Positions 40,950-51,608 of a stretch of 64,000 nt of DNA are shown here, in pieces; position 1 is the stretch's first letter; every line of letters starts with the position of its first letter. The notes under the pieces were generated by a model. It was given only the letters and a program-made list of their open reading frames with translations. It made no database searches and was not told the origin of the DNA. Source of the DNA: an uncultured Microbacterium sp. (GTDB lineage: Bacteria; Actinomycetota; Actinomycetes; Actinomycetales; Microbacteriaceae). The stretch spans positions 84,154 through 148,153 of the forward strand of contig NZ_CAURGG010000009.1 of the NCBI RefSeq assembly GCF_963524805.1, written 5' to 3'. Made by a program: the position numbers and the translations under genes.

Positions 40950-42514
40950 GCGATCGCACAGGCGCCGCGGCGCCGCTCGCCCCCGTCGGCGAAAAGGGCG
41001 CCCCGACCGGGCTCTCGTCCAAGGGGCTGAGCGCCGGCACCGTCGGCCTGATCGGCGCCGTCGTCATCGGCATCTCCTGCATCGCGCCGGCCTACACGCT
41101 GACGGCCGCCCTCGGACCGACCGTGTCCGAGGTCGGCTTCCAGGTGCCGGCGATCATCATCGTCGGATTCATCCCGATGCTGCTGGTCGCCTTCGGCTAC
41201 CGCGAGCTCAACCGCGCGATGCCCGACTCCGGCACCTCGTTCACGTGGGCGACGCGGGCATTCGGCCCGTGGGTCGGCTGGATGGCCGGCTGGGGGCTGA
41301 TCGCGGCCACGATCCTCGTGCTGTCCAATCTGGCGGGCATCGCCGTCGAGTTCCTCTTCCTGCTGATCGACCAGATCGCCGGCAGCCCGGGCACGATCGC
41401 CGAACTGGCGTTCAACCCGTTCATCAATGTGGCGGTGTGCCTGCTGTTCATGCTCGGCGCCACCCTCGTGTCGTACCGCGACATGCAGACGACCCAGAAG
41501 CTGCAGTACTTCCTGGTGACCTTCCAGGTGCTCGTGCTCGTGATCTTCTCGGTCGCCGCCTTCGTGCATGTGGCACAGGGGAATGCGTTCGACGCCAGCC
41601 CGGTCGAGCTGTCCTGGTTCAACCCGTTCGCGGTCGGCGACTTCGCCGCCGTGGTGGCCGGCCTGTCGCTGTCGATCTTCATCTTCTGGGGGTGGGATGT
41701 CACCCTCACGATGAACGAGGAGACGAAGGACCCGGAGAAGACGCCCGGTCGCGCCGCAACCCTGACGGTGCTGGTGATCTTCGCGCTCTACCTGCTGATC
41801 TCGGTCTCGCTGCTGGCTTTCGCCGGCACGGGCGCCGAGGGTCTGGGCCTGGGCAACGAGGACATCCAGTCCAACGTGTTCTTCTACCTGTCGGGGCCGA
41901 TCCTGGGGCCGTTCGCGTTCCTGGTGTCACTGGCCGTCCTGACCAGTTCGGCGTCATCGCTGCAGTCGACGTTCGTCTCTCCGGCTCGCACGCTGCTCGC
42001 GATGGGACACTACGGCGCCCTGCCCAAGCGGTTCGCGGAGGTGAGCCCGCGATTCTTCACGCCGGGCTTCGCCACGATCGTGTCGGCCGTGGTCGCGTCG
42101 GTCTTCTACGCCGTCATGCGCTTCATCAGCGAAGACGTGCTCTGGGACACGATCACCACGCTCGGCATGATGATCTGCTTCTACTACGGCATCACCGCGT
42201 TCGCGTGCGTCTGGTACTTCCGCAAGCAGTGGTTCGACACGACGCGCAATCTGTTCTTCACGTTCCTGTTCCCGCTGATCGGCGGCATCATCCTGCTGTT
42301 CCTGTTCGGCAAGACGCTGATCGACAGCATGAGCCCGGACTACGGCAGCGGCTCGAACATCGCCGGCCTGGGTCTCGTGTTCATCCTGGGCGTGGTGGTG
42401 ATCGGCGTGGGCATCGTCATCATGATCTGGCAGGCCATCAAGCGGCCCGCCTTCTTCCGCGGCGAGACGATCTCGCTCGACGCGCCCGCCAGCCTGCGCC
42501 GCCCGCGCCGGTGA
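40946..42514 (+). CDS. APC-family amino acid/polyamine permease
   Basis: About 12 TM segments, IAPAYTL, PDSGTSFTW, FWGWD...NEETKDP. Confidence 0.9.
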   Translation: MSDRTGAAAPLAPVGEKGAPTGLSSKGLSAGTVGLIGAVVIGISCIAPAYTLTAALGPTVSEVGFQVPAIIIVGFIPMLLVAFGYRELNRAMPDSGTSFTWATRAFGPWVGWMAGWGLIAATILVLSNLAGIAVEFLFLLIDQIAGSPGTIAELAFNPFINVAVCLLFMLGATLVSYRDMQTTQKLQYFLVTFQVLVLVIFSVAAFVHVAQGNAFDASPVELSWFNPFAVGDFAAVVAGLSLSIFIFWGWDVTLTMNEETKDPEKTPGRAATLTVLVIFALYLLISVSLLAFAGTGAEGLGLGNEDIQSNVFFYLSGPILGPFAFLVSLAVLTSSASSLQSTFVSPARTLLAMGHYGALPKRFAEVSPRFFTPGFATIVSAVVASVFYAVMRFISEDVLWDTITTLGMMICFYYGITAFACVWYFRKQWFDTTRNLFFTFLFPLIGGIILLFLFGKTLIDSMSPDYGSGSNIAGLGLVFILGVVVIGVGIVIMIWQAIKRPAFFRGETISLDAPASLRRPRR

Positions 42515-42548
42515 CGGCAGACTTGATCTACCAGCGAACGGAGAACCC

Positions 42549-43913
42549 ATGAGTGACTACAAGGTCGTCAACCCCGCCACCGGCGAGACGCTCGCCGAAT
42601 ACCCCCTCACCACGGATGCCGAGCTCGAGCAGGCGCTCGCTGCCGCCTACCAGGCCGCCAAGGGGTGGGCTCTCACCTCGGGCGTCGCGGAGCGCGCCGG
42701 GCTGCTGCGCCGTGTCGCCGAGCTGCACCGCGAGCGGCGCGACGAGCTGGCCGCGACGATCGTGCGCGAGATGGGCAAGCCGCTGGCTGCGGCCGTCGGC
42801 GAGGTCGATTTCGCCGCGGACATCACCGAGTTCTACGCCGACAACGCCGAGAAGATCATGGCCGACCAGCCGATCGACATCCTCGCGGAGGGAACGGCGG
42901 TCATCCGCCGGTCCTCCCTCGGGGTGCTGCTGGGGATCATGCCGTGGAATTTCCCCTACTACCAGGTGGCGCGGTTCGCGGCACCCAACCTCCTGATCGG
43001 CAATCCGATCCTGCTCAAGCACGCCCCGCAGTGCCCCGAGTCCTCGGCGGCGATCGAGGCGATCTACCGTGACGCGGGCTTCCCGGACGGCGCCTACACG
43101 AACCTGTACATCACGAACGACCAGGCCGCCGCGGTGATCGCCGACCCGCGCGTGCAGGGTGTTTCGGTGACGGGCTCCGAGCGGGCAGGTTCGGCCGTGG
43201 CCGAAGTGGCCGGGCGCAACCTCAAGAAGGTCGTGCTCGAGCTGGGCGGGTCCGATCCGTTCATCCTCCTCTCCACCGACGACCTCGAGGGTGCTGTCAC
43301 CGCGGCGGTCGAGGCGCGTCTGGACAACACCGGACAGTCCTGCAATGCCGCGAAGCGCTTCATCGTGGCCGACGGCCTGTACGACGCGTTCCTGGAGAAG
43401 TTCACCGCGCAGATGACGGCGGCCAAGGTGGGCGACCCGTTCGCCGAAGACACGGTGCTCGGACCGCTCTCGTCCGACCTCGCGGCCGAGCGCCTCGCCG
43501 CGCAGGTCGACAAGGCGGTGTCGCAGGGCGCTCGGCTGGTCGCCGGGGGCTCGCGTGACGGCGCCTACTACGCGGCGACCGTGCTGGCGGACGTCACTCC
43601 GGAGATGGACGCCTACCGCGAGGAGTTCTTCGGCCCCGTCGGTGTCGTCTACCGCGCCGCCGACGAGGACGAGGCGGTCAAGATCGCCAACGACACCCCC
43701 TTCGGTCTCGGCTCCTACGTCTTCACGACCGACCAGGCCCAGGCCGAGCGGGTGGCCGACAAGATCGACGCGGGAATGGTCTACGTCAACCTCGTGCTCG
43801 CGGACTCGCCGGAGCTGCCGTTCGGCGGCGTAAAGCGCTCGGGGACGGGCCGTGAGATGGGCCTGCTGGCCGCCGACGAGTTCGTGAACAAGAAGCTCGT
43901 CCGCATCGGCTGA
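42549..43913 (+). CDS. gabD: NAD(P)-dependent succinate-semialdehyde dehydrogenase
   Basis: MPWNFP.YQ, TGSERAG, LELGGSDP, GQSC, EEFFGP, PFGGVKRSG. Confidence 0.88.
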   Translation: MSDYKVVNPATGETLAEYPLTTDAELEQALAAAYQAAKGWALTSGVAERAGLLRRVAELHRERRDELAATIVREMGKPLAAAVGEVDFAADITEFYADNAEKIMADQPIDILAEGTAVIRRSSLGVLLGIMPWNFPYYQVARFAAPNLLIGNPILLKHAPQCPESSAAIEAIYRDAGFPDGAYTNLYITNDQAAAVIADPRVQGVSVTGSERAGSAVAEVAGRNLKKVVLELGGSDPFILLSTDDLEGAVTAAVEARLDNTGQSCNAAKRFIVADGLYDAFLEKFTAQMTAAKVGDPFAEDTVLGPLSSDLAAERLAAQVDKAVSQGARLVAGGSRDGAYYAATVLADVTPEMDAYREEFFGPVGVVYRAADEDEAVKIANDTPFGLGSYVFTTDQAQAERVADKIDAGMVYVNLVLADSPELPFGGVKRSGTGREMGLLAADEFVNKKLVRIG

Positions 43914-43923
43914 GTTCGCCGCG

Positions 43924-44538
43924 TCAGCGGGCGGCGCGGGCCTCGGCGATCGCCTCGTCCGCCCACGCCACCTGCTGTGCGGTGCCCCACCGCTCGGCGG
44001 CCGCGCGCGAGCGCTCGAAGGCCGCGAGAGCGTCGTCGATACGACCCTCCTCGAGGGACGTCCACCCGGCGTTGCTGTGCAGACCCACCGCCCATTGCCG
44101 CGTGCGCGGATCGTCGGTGCTCTCCAGCAGCGCGAGCGCCTCGGTCGTCCAGTCCGCCGAGTGCGCGGCATCCGCGATCGCCAGCATGTGCAGGGCATCG
44201 ATCCGCAGGAACAGCAGATCGGCGGATGCCGCCGCCTCGGCGGCGGCGGCGAAGAACGGCACCGCCGCCGACGGCTCGCCCTCCGAGTTGCGCAGGCGCC
44301 CCCGCTCGAGGGCGACCCGCACTCGGACGACTGCGGCATCGGAGACGATCCCGTCGAGCACACGATCTCCCTCGGCGAACGAGTCCTGCAGTCCGAGCGC
44401 CCGGGCAACCTGCGTCGCCAGCTCCGCGCGGTCGTCGGCATCCGGCGCGGAGGCCGCCGCCTCCCGGAGCCGCGTCTCGGAAGCCGCCGCATCGGCGAAG
44501 TCCCACAGGGCGTCCAGCCGGGTCTGGTCCAGGGCCAT
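43924..44538 (-). CDS. TPR-like helical protein
   Basis: LWDF.D...SE.R, TQVARALGLQ, LERGRL.NS, DALHMLAI; ATG 6 nt after TACGAT. Confidence 0.75.
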   Translation of the reverse strand: MALDQTRLDALWDFADAAASETRLREAAASAPDADDRAELATQVARALGLQDSFAEGDRVLDGIVSDAAVVRVRVALERGRLRNSEGEPSAAVPFFAAAAEAAASADLLFLRIDALHMLAIADAAHSADWTTEALALLESTDDPRTRQWAVGLHSNAGWTSLEEGRIDDALAAFERSRAAAERWGTAQQVAWADEAIAEARAAR

Positions 44539-44704
44539 ACGACGATCGTACGGTCTCGCCCAGTTCGCCCGCATGGGGCCCATGCCGTACACTGGAGCAT
44601 GCAGTTGAAGTCTGCATTCTTTTGCCGTGCCCGGCGTTCGGGCCAGCTCCCTCTCGTACAGGTTGTGGTGGAAGACTGTGGGCATCCCGAGGCCGTCGGC
44701 CTCT

Positions 44705-44777
<73 letters not shown>

Positions 44778-44822
44778 CGCGTCAGCCGAAGCTGACACAT
44801 GGAAGGTATTCAGGTGGGTTCG

Positions 44823-45083
44823 ATGGTCCAAGAGGAGCCGAGGGGCGAGGTCGTCCCCAGTGGCGCACCCCGCGAGAAGAAGCCCAACGTCTTCGCTCGC
44901 ATCGCCCTGTTCATCCGTCAGGTGCTCGCAGAGCTGCGCAAGGTCGTCACACCGACCCGCCAGGAGCTCATCAAGTACACGGGTGTCGTGCTCGGCTTCG
45001 TCGTCGTGATGATGGCGCTGGTCTACGGACTGGATCTGCTGTTCGTCTGGGTGACGACCGTCGTCTTCGGCGTTCCCGCCTGA
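44823..45083 (+). CDS. secE: Preprotein translocase subunit SecE
   Basis: FIRQVLAELRKVVTPTRQEL followed by a TM helix. Confidence 0.95.
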   Translation: MVQEEPRGEVVPSGAPREKKPNVFARIALFIRQVLAELRKVVTPTRQELIKYTGVVLGFVVVMMALVYGLDLLFVWVTTVVFGVPA

Positions 45084-45148
45084 CCCCCTGAGTTGCACCG
45101 CGGGGCGGGTCCTCGGATCCGGCGCCCCCGAAACGGAAGAGAACGCAA

Positions 45149-46288
45149 TTGTCTGAAAGATATGTCGACGACGCCGACTGGGCGACCGCTGCCGAGCAGT
45201 CCTCGGAGGATGACGAGGCCCAAGAGGGCAACATCCTCGCCGAAGAGGACCGCGCGAACACGCCGGCCGAGCACCTCGCGGTGCACATCGTCGACGACGA
45301 GGCCGACGGCCTCGAGGATTCCGACGACATCGACATCGACGACCCGGAGGCGGACGCGATCGTGAACGACGCTCTGAACATCGACCGCACCGACGAGGCG
45401 GAGGCCGCCGCGGAGGTGCTCACCGACTCGCTGGCCGAGGAGGAGGCGGAGTACGCCGCCGAGCACGCCGACGACGTGACCCCCTACGACGGTCCCGACA
45501 TCAACGGCGACGAGGACGAGCCGGTTCTCGACGATGAATTCGTCGCCGAGGTGGATGCCGCCGCCGGCGTCGTCGACGAGGTCGAGGCCTCGGTCGACCC
45601 GGCCGACGCCGCGACGCCCCCCGCCGACCTCGACGCCGCAGACGACGAGGACGCCGAAGAGGCGGAAGAGGACCCGTACGAGGCGTTCCGCGCCGAACTG
45701 CGCACGCTGCCCGGCAAGTGGTACGTCATCCACTCGTACGCCGGCTTCGAGCGCAAGGTGAAGGCGAACATCGAGCAGCGCAAGTCGACGCTCGAGGTGG
45801 AAGAGGACATCTACCAGATCGAGGTCCCGATGGAGGACGTCGTTGAGATCAAGAACGGCCAGCGCAAGATGGTCACGCGCGTCCGGATCCCCGGTTACGT
45901 GCTCGTTCGCATGGAGCTCAACGAGGACACCTGGTCGGTCGTTCGTCACACCCCCGGCGTCACCGGCTTCGTGGGCAACGCGCACAACCCGACGCCCCTG
46001 CGCTTCGAGGAGTCCTTCAACATGCTGAAGTCCCTCGTCGAGGTGAAGGAAGTCGCTCCGGCCAAGGGTGCGGCCACCAAGGGCGGCCACGCTGTCGCGC
46101 GCAGCATCCCGGCAGAGGTGGACTTCGAGGTCGGCGAGACCATCACGATCAAGGAAGGCTCGTTCGCGGGCCTGCCCGGCACGATCAGCGAGATCAAGCC
46201 CGAGAGCGGCAAGCTCACGGTGCTGGTGTCGCTCTTCGAGCGCGAGACCCCGGTCGAGCTGTCGTTCGACCAGGTCACGAAGCTCTAG
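45149..46288 (+). CDS. nusG: Transcription factor NusG with long acidic N-terminal extension
   Basis: [30 protein letters not shown] domain, [13 protein letters not shown] start. Confidence 0.95.
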   Translation: MSERYVDDADWATAAEQSSEDDEAQEGNILAEEDRANTPAEHLAVHIVDDEADGLEDSDDIDIDDPEADAIVNDALNIDRTDEAEAAAEVLTDSLAEEEAEYAAEHADDVTPYDGPDINGDEDEPVLDDEFVAEVDAAAGVVDEVEASVDPADAATPPADLDAADDEDAEEAEEDPYEAFRAELRTLPGKWYVIHSYAGFERKVKANIEQRKSTLEVEEDIYQIEVPMEDVVEIKNGQRKMVTRVRIPGYVLVRMELNEDTWSVVRHTPGVTGFVGNAHNPTPLRFEESFNMLKSLVEVKEVAPAKGAATKGGHAVARSIPAEVDFEVGETITIKEGSFAGLPGTISEIKPESGKLTVLVSLFERETPVELSFDQVTKL

Positions 46289-46300
46289 CAGCATCCGTTC

Positions 46301-46335
46301 ACGAAAGCGCCCCGTCAGTGACGGGGCGCTTTCGT
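46301..46335 (+). terminator. Terminator hairpin after nusG
   Basis: ACGAAAGCGCCCCGTCA / TGACGGGGCGCTTTCGT. Confidence 0.8.
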
Positions 46336-46366
46336 CGTTGCGGCCGAGGTCGGGCGCGGCTGCGTT

Positions 46367-46424
46367 GATGTACACGATGACGGATGCCGGAGACCCGACG
46401 CGTCCGCAATCGTGCACATCTCCG
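46367..46424. repeat. Palindromic repeat family 1, left copy
   Basis: Hairpin GATGTACACGATGACGGA...TCCGCAATCGTGCACATC; its reverse complement matches 47370-47427 at 47/58 positions, ungapped (manual count). Confidence 0.85.
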
Positions 46425-46531
46425 CTCCTTCACGCGCTGTCGCCTCCTCCCCAGCGGTTCAGCCCGCGCGCGGCATCCCCGTCGCACGCGGGACGCGAGC
46501 GATGCACCCCGCGGAGCGGGAGCCTGCCGGG

Positions 46532-47362
46532 ATGGGATACGTGAGGGATGCCGTCGTCGCAGCGGGCGGAGTGGCCCGCGTCGCCACGCTGAGAGCTGAC
46601 GGGCTGCCGCGCCGCGCGATCGCGCAGGCAGTTTCGGTGCAGGCGCTGATCCGCCCGCGCAACGGCTGGGTTGCACTGCCGGACGCCGATCCTCTGCTCG
46701 TGGCGGCCGCGCGCGCCGGGGTCGTGCTCTCCTGCATCACGCAGGCCGAACGGCTCGGGCTCTGGGTGTTCAGTGACGGGGCGGTCCACGTCGCGGCCCC
46801 GCAGCATCGGCATGTCGGCGAGGTCAAGACCGGCACTCGGGTGCATTGGTCCCGCCCACTCGTGCCGAGGCATCCCGATGCTCTCATCGACCCCATCGAG
46901 AACGTCCTGGCGGCGGTTGCGAGCTGCCAGCCCCACGAACGGGCGCTCGCCGTCTGGGAATCGGCATTGCGGCACACGCTCGTGACGCGAGAATCGATGA
47001 GAAGGATGCCGCTGCCCGCGGTGGCGCGCTCGCTGCTGGAGAGCTGCTCGCTGCATTCGGACTCCGGGCTCGAGACGTTCATACCGGTACGCCTCCGGTT
47101 CCTCCGCCTGCAGATCCGTCAGCAGGTGTGGCTCGCGGGGCATCCGGTCGATTTCCTCATCGGCGACCGCCTCGTGCTTCAGATCGATGGCGGACACCAC
47201 GTCGGGTCCCAGCGGCGCAGCGACATCGCCCACGACGCGCAGCTGACGCTCATGGGCTACCACGTGATCCGCATCGACTACGTGCAGGTCATGACGGGCT
47301 GGCCGGATGTGCACGATGTGATCGTGCGCGCCGTCGCGCAGGGACTTCACCGGGCGGCGTGA
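46532..47362 (+). CDS. AbiEi-like N-terminus plus DUF559/Vsr-like endonuclease domain protein
   Basis: N-terminal GGVAR...L...G......A....LIRPRNGW; SDSGLET; C-terminal QQV.LAGH.VDFLIG.RLVLQIDG.HH....R..D...D..L...GY.VIR. Confidence 0.8.
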   Translation: MGYVRDAVVAAGGVARVATLRADGLPRRAIAQAVSVQALIRPRNGWVALPDADPLLVAAARAGVVLSCITQAERLGLWVFSDGAVHVAAPQHRHVGEVKTGTRVHWSRPLVPRHPDALIDPIENVLAAVASCQPHERALAVWESALRHTLVTRESMRRMPLPAVARSLLESCSLHSDSGLETFIPVRLRFLRLQIRQQVWLAGHPVDFLIGDRLVLQIDGGHHVGSQRRSDIAHDAQLTLMGYHVIRIDYVQVMTGWPDVHDVIVRAVAQGLHRAA

Positions 47363-47369
47363 GGAATGA

Positions 47370-47431
47370 CGGAGTTGTGCACGATGACGGAAGACTCGGC
47401 CCTGCGGCATCCGTCATTGTGCACATCTCCG
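47370..47431. repeat. Palindromic repeat family 1, right copy
   Basis: CGGAGTTGTGCACGATGACGGA...TCCGTCATTGTGCACATCTCCG, starting 8 bp after the stop codon. Confidence 0.85.
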
Positions 47432-47597
47432 TGATCCTGCCCGCGGGAGTCCGGGTGGAGCAGGCCGGGAGTAACGGGAAGCTGATCGGGTAGACTAGAG
47501 AGGTTGCGCCCATCGCGCGACGAAACCCCACCGCGTCCAGGGCTTGCCTGGTTCGCGGAAGCGCGCCCGGATCGGGCGCTCGAAACGAAGGAACACA

Positions 47598-48029
47598 ATG
47601 GCACCGAAGAAAAGGGTGACCGGGCTGATCAAGCTGCAGATCAAGGCAGGTGCGGCCAACCCCGCACCGCCCATCGGTCCGGCACTGGGTCAGCACGGCG
47701 TCAACATCATGGAGTTCTGCAAGGCGTACAACGCCGCGACGGAGGCCCAGCGCGGCAACGTCATCCCCGTGGAGATCACCGTCTACGAGGACCGCAGCTT
47801 CACGTTCATCCTCAAGACGCCCCCGGCGGCCGAGCTGATCAAGAAGGCAGCCGGCGTGTCGAAGGGCTCGTCGACCCCGCACACGACCAAGGTGGCCAAG
47901 CTCACCAAGGCGCAGGTGCGCGAGATCGCCGAGGTCAAGCAGCCCGACCTGAACGCGAATGACATCGAGGCCGCCTCGAAGATCATCGCCGGCACCGCCC
48001 GCTCCATGGGCATCACGGTTGAGGACTGA
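47598..48029 (+). CDS. rplK: 50S ribosomal protein L11
   Basis: [32 protein letters not shown]. Confidence 0.98.
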   Translation: MAPKKRVTGLIKLQIKAGAANPAPPIGPALGQHGVNIMEFCKAYNAATEAQRGNVIPVEITVYEDRSFTFILKTPPAAELIKKAAGVSKGSSTPHTTKVAKLTKAQVREIAEVKQPDLNANDIEAASKIIAGTARSMGITVED

Positions 48030-48043
48030 GGGGGATAACGACC

Positions 48044-48733
48044 ATGGCTACCAAGTCCAAGGCCTACCAGGCCGCCGCCGCGAAGATCGCGGCTGACAAG
48101 TTCTACACGCCCACCGAGGCCGTCGCGCTGGCGAAGCAGACCGGCTCGGCGAAGTTCGACTCGACCGTCGAGGTCGCGCTCAAGCTCGCCGTCGATCCCC
48201 GCAAGGCGGACCAGATGGTGCGCGGCACCGTCATCCTGCCCCACGGCACGGGCAAGACCGCTCGCGTCATCGTGTTCGCGACGGGTCCGGCCGCCGAGGC
48301 CGCGATCGCCGCGGGCGCAGACGAGGTCGGTGGCGCCGAGCTCATCCAGCGCGTCGCCGACGGCTGGACCAACTTCGACGCCGCCGTGTCGACCCCTGAG
48401 CTCATGGGCCAGGTCGGTCGCCTCGGAAAGGTGCTGGGTCCGCGTGGCCTGATGCCGAACCCGAAGACCGGCACCGTGACCCCCAACCCGGCCAAGGCCG
48501 TCGAGGAGATCAAGGGCGGAAAGATCGAGTTCCGCGTCGACAAGCACGCCAACGTGCACTTCGTCGTGGGCAAGGCGTCCTTCTCGGAGGACCAGCTCGA
48601 CGAGAACCTCAAGGCTGCGCTCGAGGAGATCATCCGCCTCAAGCCGTCCAGCTCGAAGGGTCGCTACATCCAGAAGGGCGCGGTCTCGACCACGTTCGGC
48701 CCCGGCATCCCGCTGGATGTCAACGCGCTCTGA
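48044..48733 (+). CDS. rplA: 50S ribosomal protein L1
   Basis: [33 protein letters not shown]. Confidence 0.98.
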   Translation: MATKSKAYQAAAAKIAADKFYTPTEAVALAKQTGSAKFDSTVEVALKLAVDPRKADQMVRGTVILPHGTGKTARVIVFATGPAAEAAIAAGADEVGGAELIQRVADGWTNFDAAVSTPELMGQVGRLGKVLGPRGLMPNPKTGTVTPNPAKAVEEIKGGKIEFRVDKHANVHFVVGKASFSEDQLDENLKAALEEIIRLKPSSSKGRYIQKGAVSTTFGPGIPLDVNAL

Positions 48734-48774
48734 GCATTCTGTGGTCGAGTAGCGCGAAGCGCATCGAGATCCGC

Positions 48775-48808
48775 GAAAGGGGCTCCGCCGGAAGGCGGGG
48801 CCCCTTTC
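48775..48808 (+). terminator. Terminator hairpin after rplA
   Basis: GAAAGGGGCTCCGCC...GGCGGGGCCCCTTTC. Confidence 0.7.
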
Positions 48809-48944
48809 CGTGCGCGGGGCCCGCTGGCCCCGCGCGAGGAAACGAAACGTAACCCGATGCGCCTCGGACACTGAGGGCATGCTGTACTGGAGGGTCCTGC
48901 CCGGTGAGACCGGGCCGAAATCCCCCCCCAGGAGCAACACAGCC

Positions 48945-49751
48945 ATGTCACGCCGTACCCGTTTCGCCACGCTCGCCGCCCTCACCGCCTCCGCAGCCCT
49001 CGTCCTCGCGGGCTGCAGCGGCTCCTCGGCGCCTGCGTCCTCTTCCGCCGACGACGATCTCGGGCTGGTCTCGGCCGGTACCCTCACCGTCGCGACCGAG
49101 GGCACGTATCGCCCGTTCAGCTTCCACGACGAGACCGGCGAGCTCGTCGGCTTCGACGTCGAGATCGCCGAGGCCGTCGCCGACAAGCTCGACCTGGAGG
49201 TGAAGTTCCAGGAGACGCAGTGGGACGCGATCTTCGCGGGGCTCGAGGCCGGACGCTTCGACCTCATCGCGAACCAGGTGTCGATCAACCCCGAGCGCGA
49301 GGAGAAGTACCTCTTCAGCGCGCCGTACACCGTCTCTCCGGGCGTCATCGTCGTTCCCGAGGACGACGACTCGATCTCGAGCTTCGCCGACCTGGCCGGA
49401 AAGACCACCGCCCAGTCGCTCACCAGCAACTGGTACGAGCTCGCTCAGGACAGCGGCGCCACCGTCGAGGCCGTGGAGGGCTGGGCGCAGGCTGTCGCGC
49501 TGCTCACGCAGGGACGGGTCGATGCCACCATCAACGACGAGCTGACCTTCCTGGACTACGAGAAGACGGACGGCCCGACGGGACTGAAGATCGCCGCGGA
49601 GACCGATGACCCCGCCAGCAGCGCCTTCGCGCTGACGAAGGACAAGCAGGCCCTCGTCGATGCGATCGACGAGGCGCTGTCCGAGCTGCGCGACGAGGGC
49701 GTGCTCGCCGAGATCAGCGAGAAGTACTTCGGAGCCGACGTCACGTCGTAG
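48945..49751 (+). CDS. Polar amino-acid ABC substrate-binding lipoprotein (cystine-type)
   Basis: Lipobox LAGC; TEGTYRPF, GFDVEIA, ANQV, QSLTSN. Confidence 0.88.
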   Translation: MSRRTRFATLAALTASAALVLAGCSGSSAPASSSADDDLGLVSAGTLTVATEGTYRPFSFHDETGELVGFDVEIAEAVADKLDLEVKFQETQWDAIFAGLEAGRFDLIANQVSINPEREEKYLFSAPYTVSPGVIVVPEDDDSISSFADLAGKTTAQSLTSNWYELAQDSGATVEAVEGWAQAVALLTQGRVDATINDELTFLDYEKTDGPTGLKIAAETDDPASSAFALTKDKQALVDAIDEALSELRDEGVLAEISEKYFGADVTS

Positions 49752-49806
49752 CCCGGACGATTCCGGCCGCCGCCTCGGGCGGTGGTCGACACGGTGAGGA
49801 GGGCGC

Positions 49807-50472
49807 ATGAACGAGACCTGGACGCTGGTCGTCGAATCGTTCTGGCCGCTGCTGTGGGCCGGCCTTCGCGGCACCATTCCGCTCGCACTGGCCTCTTTCG
49901 CGATCGGGCTCGTGCTGGCTCTCGGCGTGGCGCTGATGCGCATCTCGTCGAATCGGGTGCTGTCGAACATCGCCCGCTTCTACATCTCGGTGATCCGGGG
50001 CACGCCGCTGCTGGTCCAGCTGTTCGTGATCTTCTACGGCCTGCCGTCGCTGGGCATCGTGGTGGACCCGTGGCCCGCGGCGATCATCGCGTTCTCGCTG
50101 AACGTGGGCGGCTATGCGGCGGAGATCATCCGCGCCGCGATCCTGTCCGTTCCCAAGGGGCAGTGGGAGGCCGGTCACACCGTCGGGCTCTCGCACACCC
50201 GGACGCTGACCCGCATCATCCTGCCGCAGGCCGCTCGAGTCTCCGTACCTCCTCTGTCGAACACGTTCATCTCGCTCGTCAAGGACACCTCGCTCGCCTC
50301 GCTCATCCTGGTCACCGAGCTGTTCCGCCAGGCGCAGATCATCGCGGCGTTCACCTACGAGTTCATGACGATCTATCTGGAGGCGGCGTTCATTTACTGG
50401 ATGTTCTGCCTGGTGCTCTCGGCCGGACAGAGCGCGCTGGAACGGAGGCTCGACCGCTATGTCGCCCATTGA
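49807..50472 (+). CDS. Amino-acid ABC permease
   Basis: [34 protein letters not shown]. Confidence 0.92.
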   Translation: MNETWTLVVESFWPLLWAGLRGTIPLALASFAIGLVLALGVALMRISSNRVLSNIARFYISVIRGTPLLVQLFVIFYGLPSLGIVVDPWPAAIIAFSLNVGGYAAEIIRAAILSVPKGQWEAGHTVGLSHTRTLTRIILPQAARVSVPPLSNTFISLVKDTSLASLILVTELFRQAQIIAAFTYEFMTIYLEAAFIYWMFCLVLSAGQSALERRLDRYVAH

Positions 50473-51277
50473 CACGCCCGGCTCCGACCCGCTCGCCCCA
50501 CCGGTGGCGGCCTCCGGAGAGCTCCTGCTGCGGGTGACGGGCCTGACGAAGAGCTTCGGCGCAACGCCGGTGCTCAAGGGAGTGGACTTCGAGGTGCGCC
50601 GCGGCGAGGTGGTGTGCCTCATCGGCCCGAGCGGATCGGGCAAGACCACGGTGCTGCGCACGCTCAACGGACTCGAGACACCCGACGGCGGCACGATCGA
50701 ATTCGCGGATGCCGCACCCGTCGACTTCGCGAGGCCGCCGACCAAGGCACAGCGCATCGCGTTGCGCGACAGGTCTGCGATGGTGTTCCAGCAGCACAAC
50801 CTGTTCCCGCACCTGACAGTGCTCCAGAACGTGATCGAGGGTCCCGTCCGCGCCCACCGGGTCCCGAAGGCCGCGGCGATCGCCCGGGCCGAGGAGCTTC
50901 TCGAACGGGTGGGCCTGACCGAGAAGCGCGACGCGTTCCCGTTCGAGCTGTCCGGCGGTCAGCAGCAGCGGGTCGGCATCGTGCGTGCTCTCGCGCTGCA
51001 GCCTGATCTGCTCCTGTTCGACGAGCCCACGAGTGCGCTCGACCCCGAACTGGTCGGGGAGGTGCTGGTCGTGCTGAAGGAGCTCGCCGATGACGGGTGG
51101 ACGATGGTCATCGTCACGCACGAGCTCGCCTTCGCCCGGGAGGTGGCCGACGAGGTGCTCTTCTTCGACGACGGCGTGATCCTCGAGCGCGGGGCGCCGC
51201 AGGACCTGCTGGTCAATCCGCAGCACGAGCGCACGCGGCGCTTCCTGGACCGCATCCTGCGGCCCTTCGAAGGCTGA
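50459..51277 (+). CDS. Amino-acid ABC ATP-binding protein
   Basis: [31 protein letters not shown]. Confidence 0.93.
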   Translation: MSPIDTPGSDPLAPPVAASGELLLRVTGLTKSFGATPVLKGVDFEVRRGEVVCLIGPSGSGKTTVLRTLNGLETPDGGTIEFADAAPVDFARPPTKAQRIALRDRSAMVFQQHNLFPHLTVLQNVIEGPVRAHRVPKAAAIARAEELLERVGLTEKRDAFPFELSGGQQQRVGIVRALALQPDLLLFDEPTSALDPELVGEVLVVLKELADDGWTMVIVTHELAFAREVADEVLFFDDGVILERGAPQDLLVNPQHERTRRFLDRILRPFEG

Positions 51278-51279
51278 GC

Positions 51280-51549
51280 TCAGCCCCGTACCTCGAAGCC
51301 GTGCGCGCCGGTGGGAGCGGCATCCGTCACCATGGCCGTCTCGACGCTCGCGCCGGGTGGTCCCTGCGCCATCCAGGCCAGCACTTCGTCGACCTGCGCG
51401 TCGGTGCCTTCGATCTCGGCTTCCACGCTGCCGTCACGGAGGTTGCGCACCCAGCCGCTCGCCCCCGCTTCGTCGGCGACCATGCGCAGCGTGTAGCGGT
51501 AGCCGACCCCCTGCACCATGCCGTTCACCCTCACGTGGACGCGCTTCAT
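51280..51549 (-). CDS. Acylphosphatase
   Basis: G.VQGVGYR, GWVRNL.DGSVE, GPP.A.V. Confidence 0.92.
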   Translation of the reverse strand: MKRVHVRVNGMVQGVGYRYTLRMVADEAGASGWVRNLRDGSVEAEIEGTDAQVDEVLAWMAQGPPGASVETAMVTDAAPTGAHGFEVRG

Positions 51550-51608
51550 GGGTCCATCGTGCCGGGAAGGCCGTGCGAAGGCCAGGCGGGCGATGCCAGG
51601 ATGCCGAC

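Noticed and set aside
46367..47431. Classical IS element
   Set aside because: No DDE, HUH or recombinase motifs and no clear target-site duplication; the ends are hairpins rather than simple terminal repeats.
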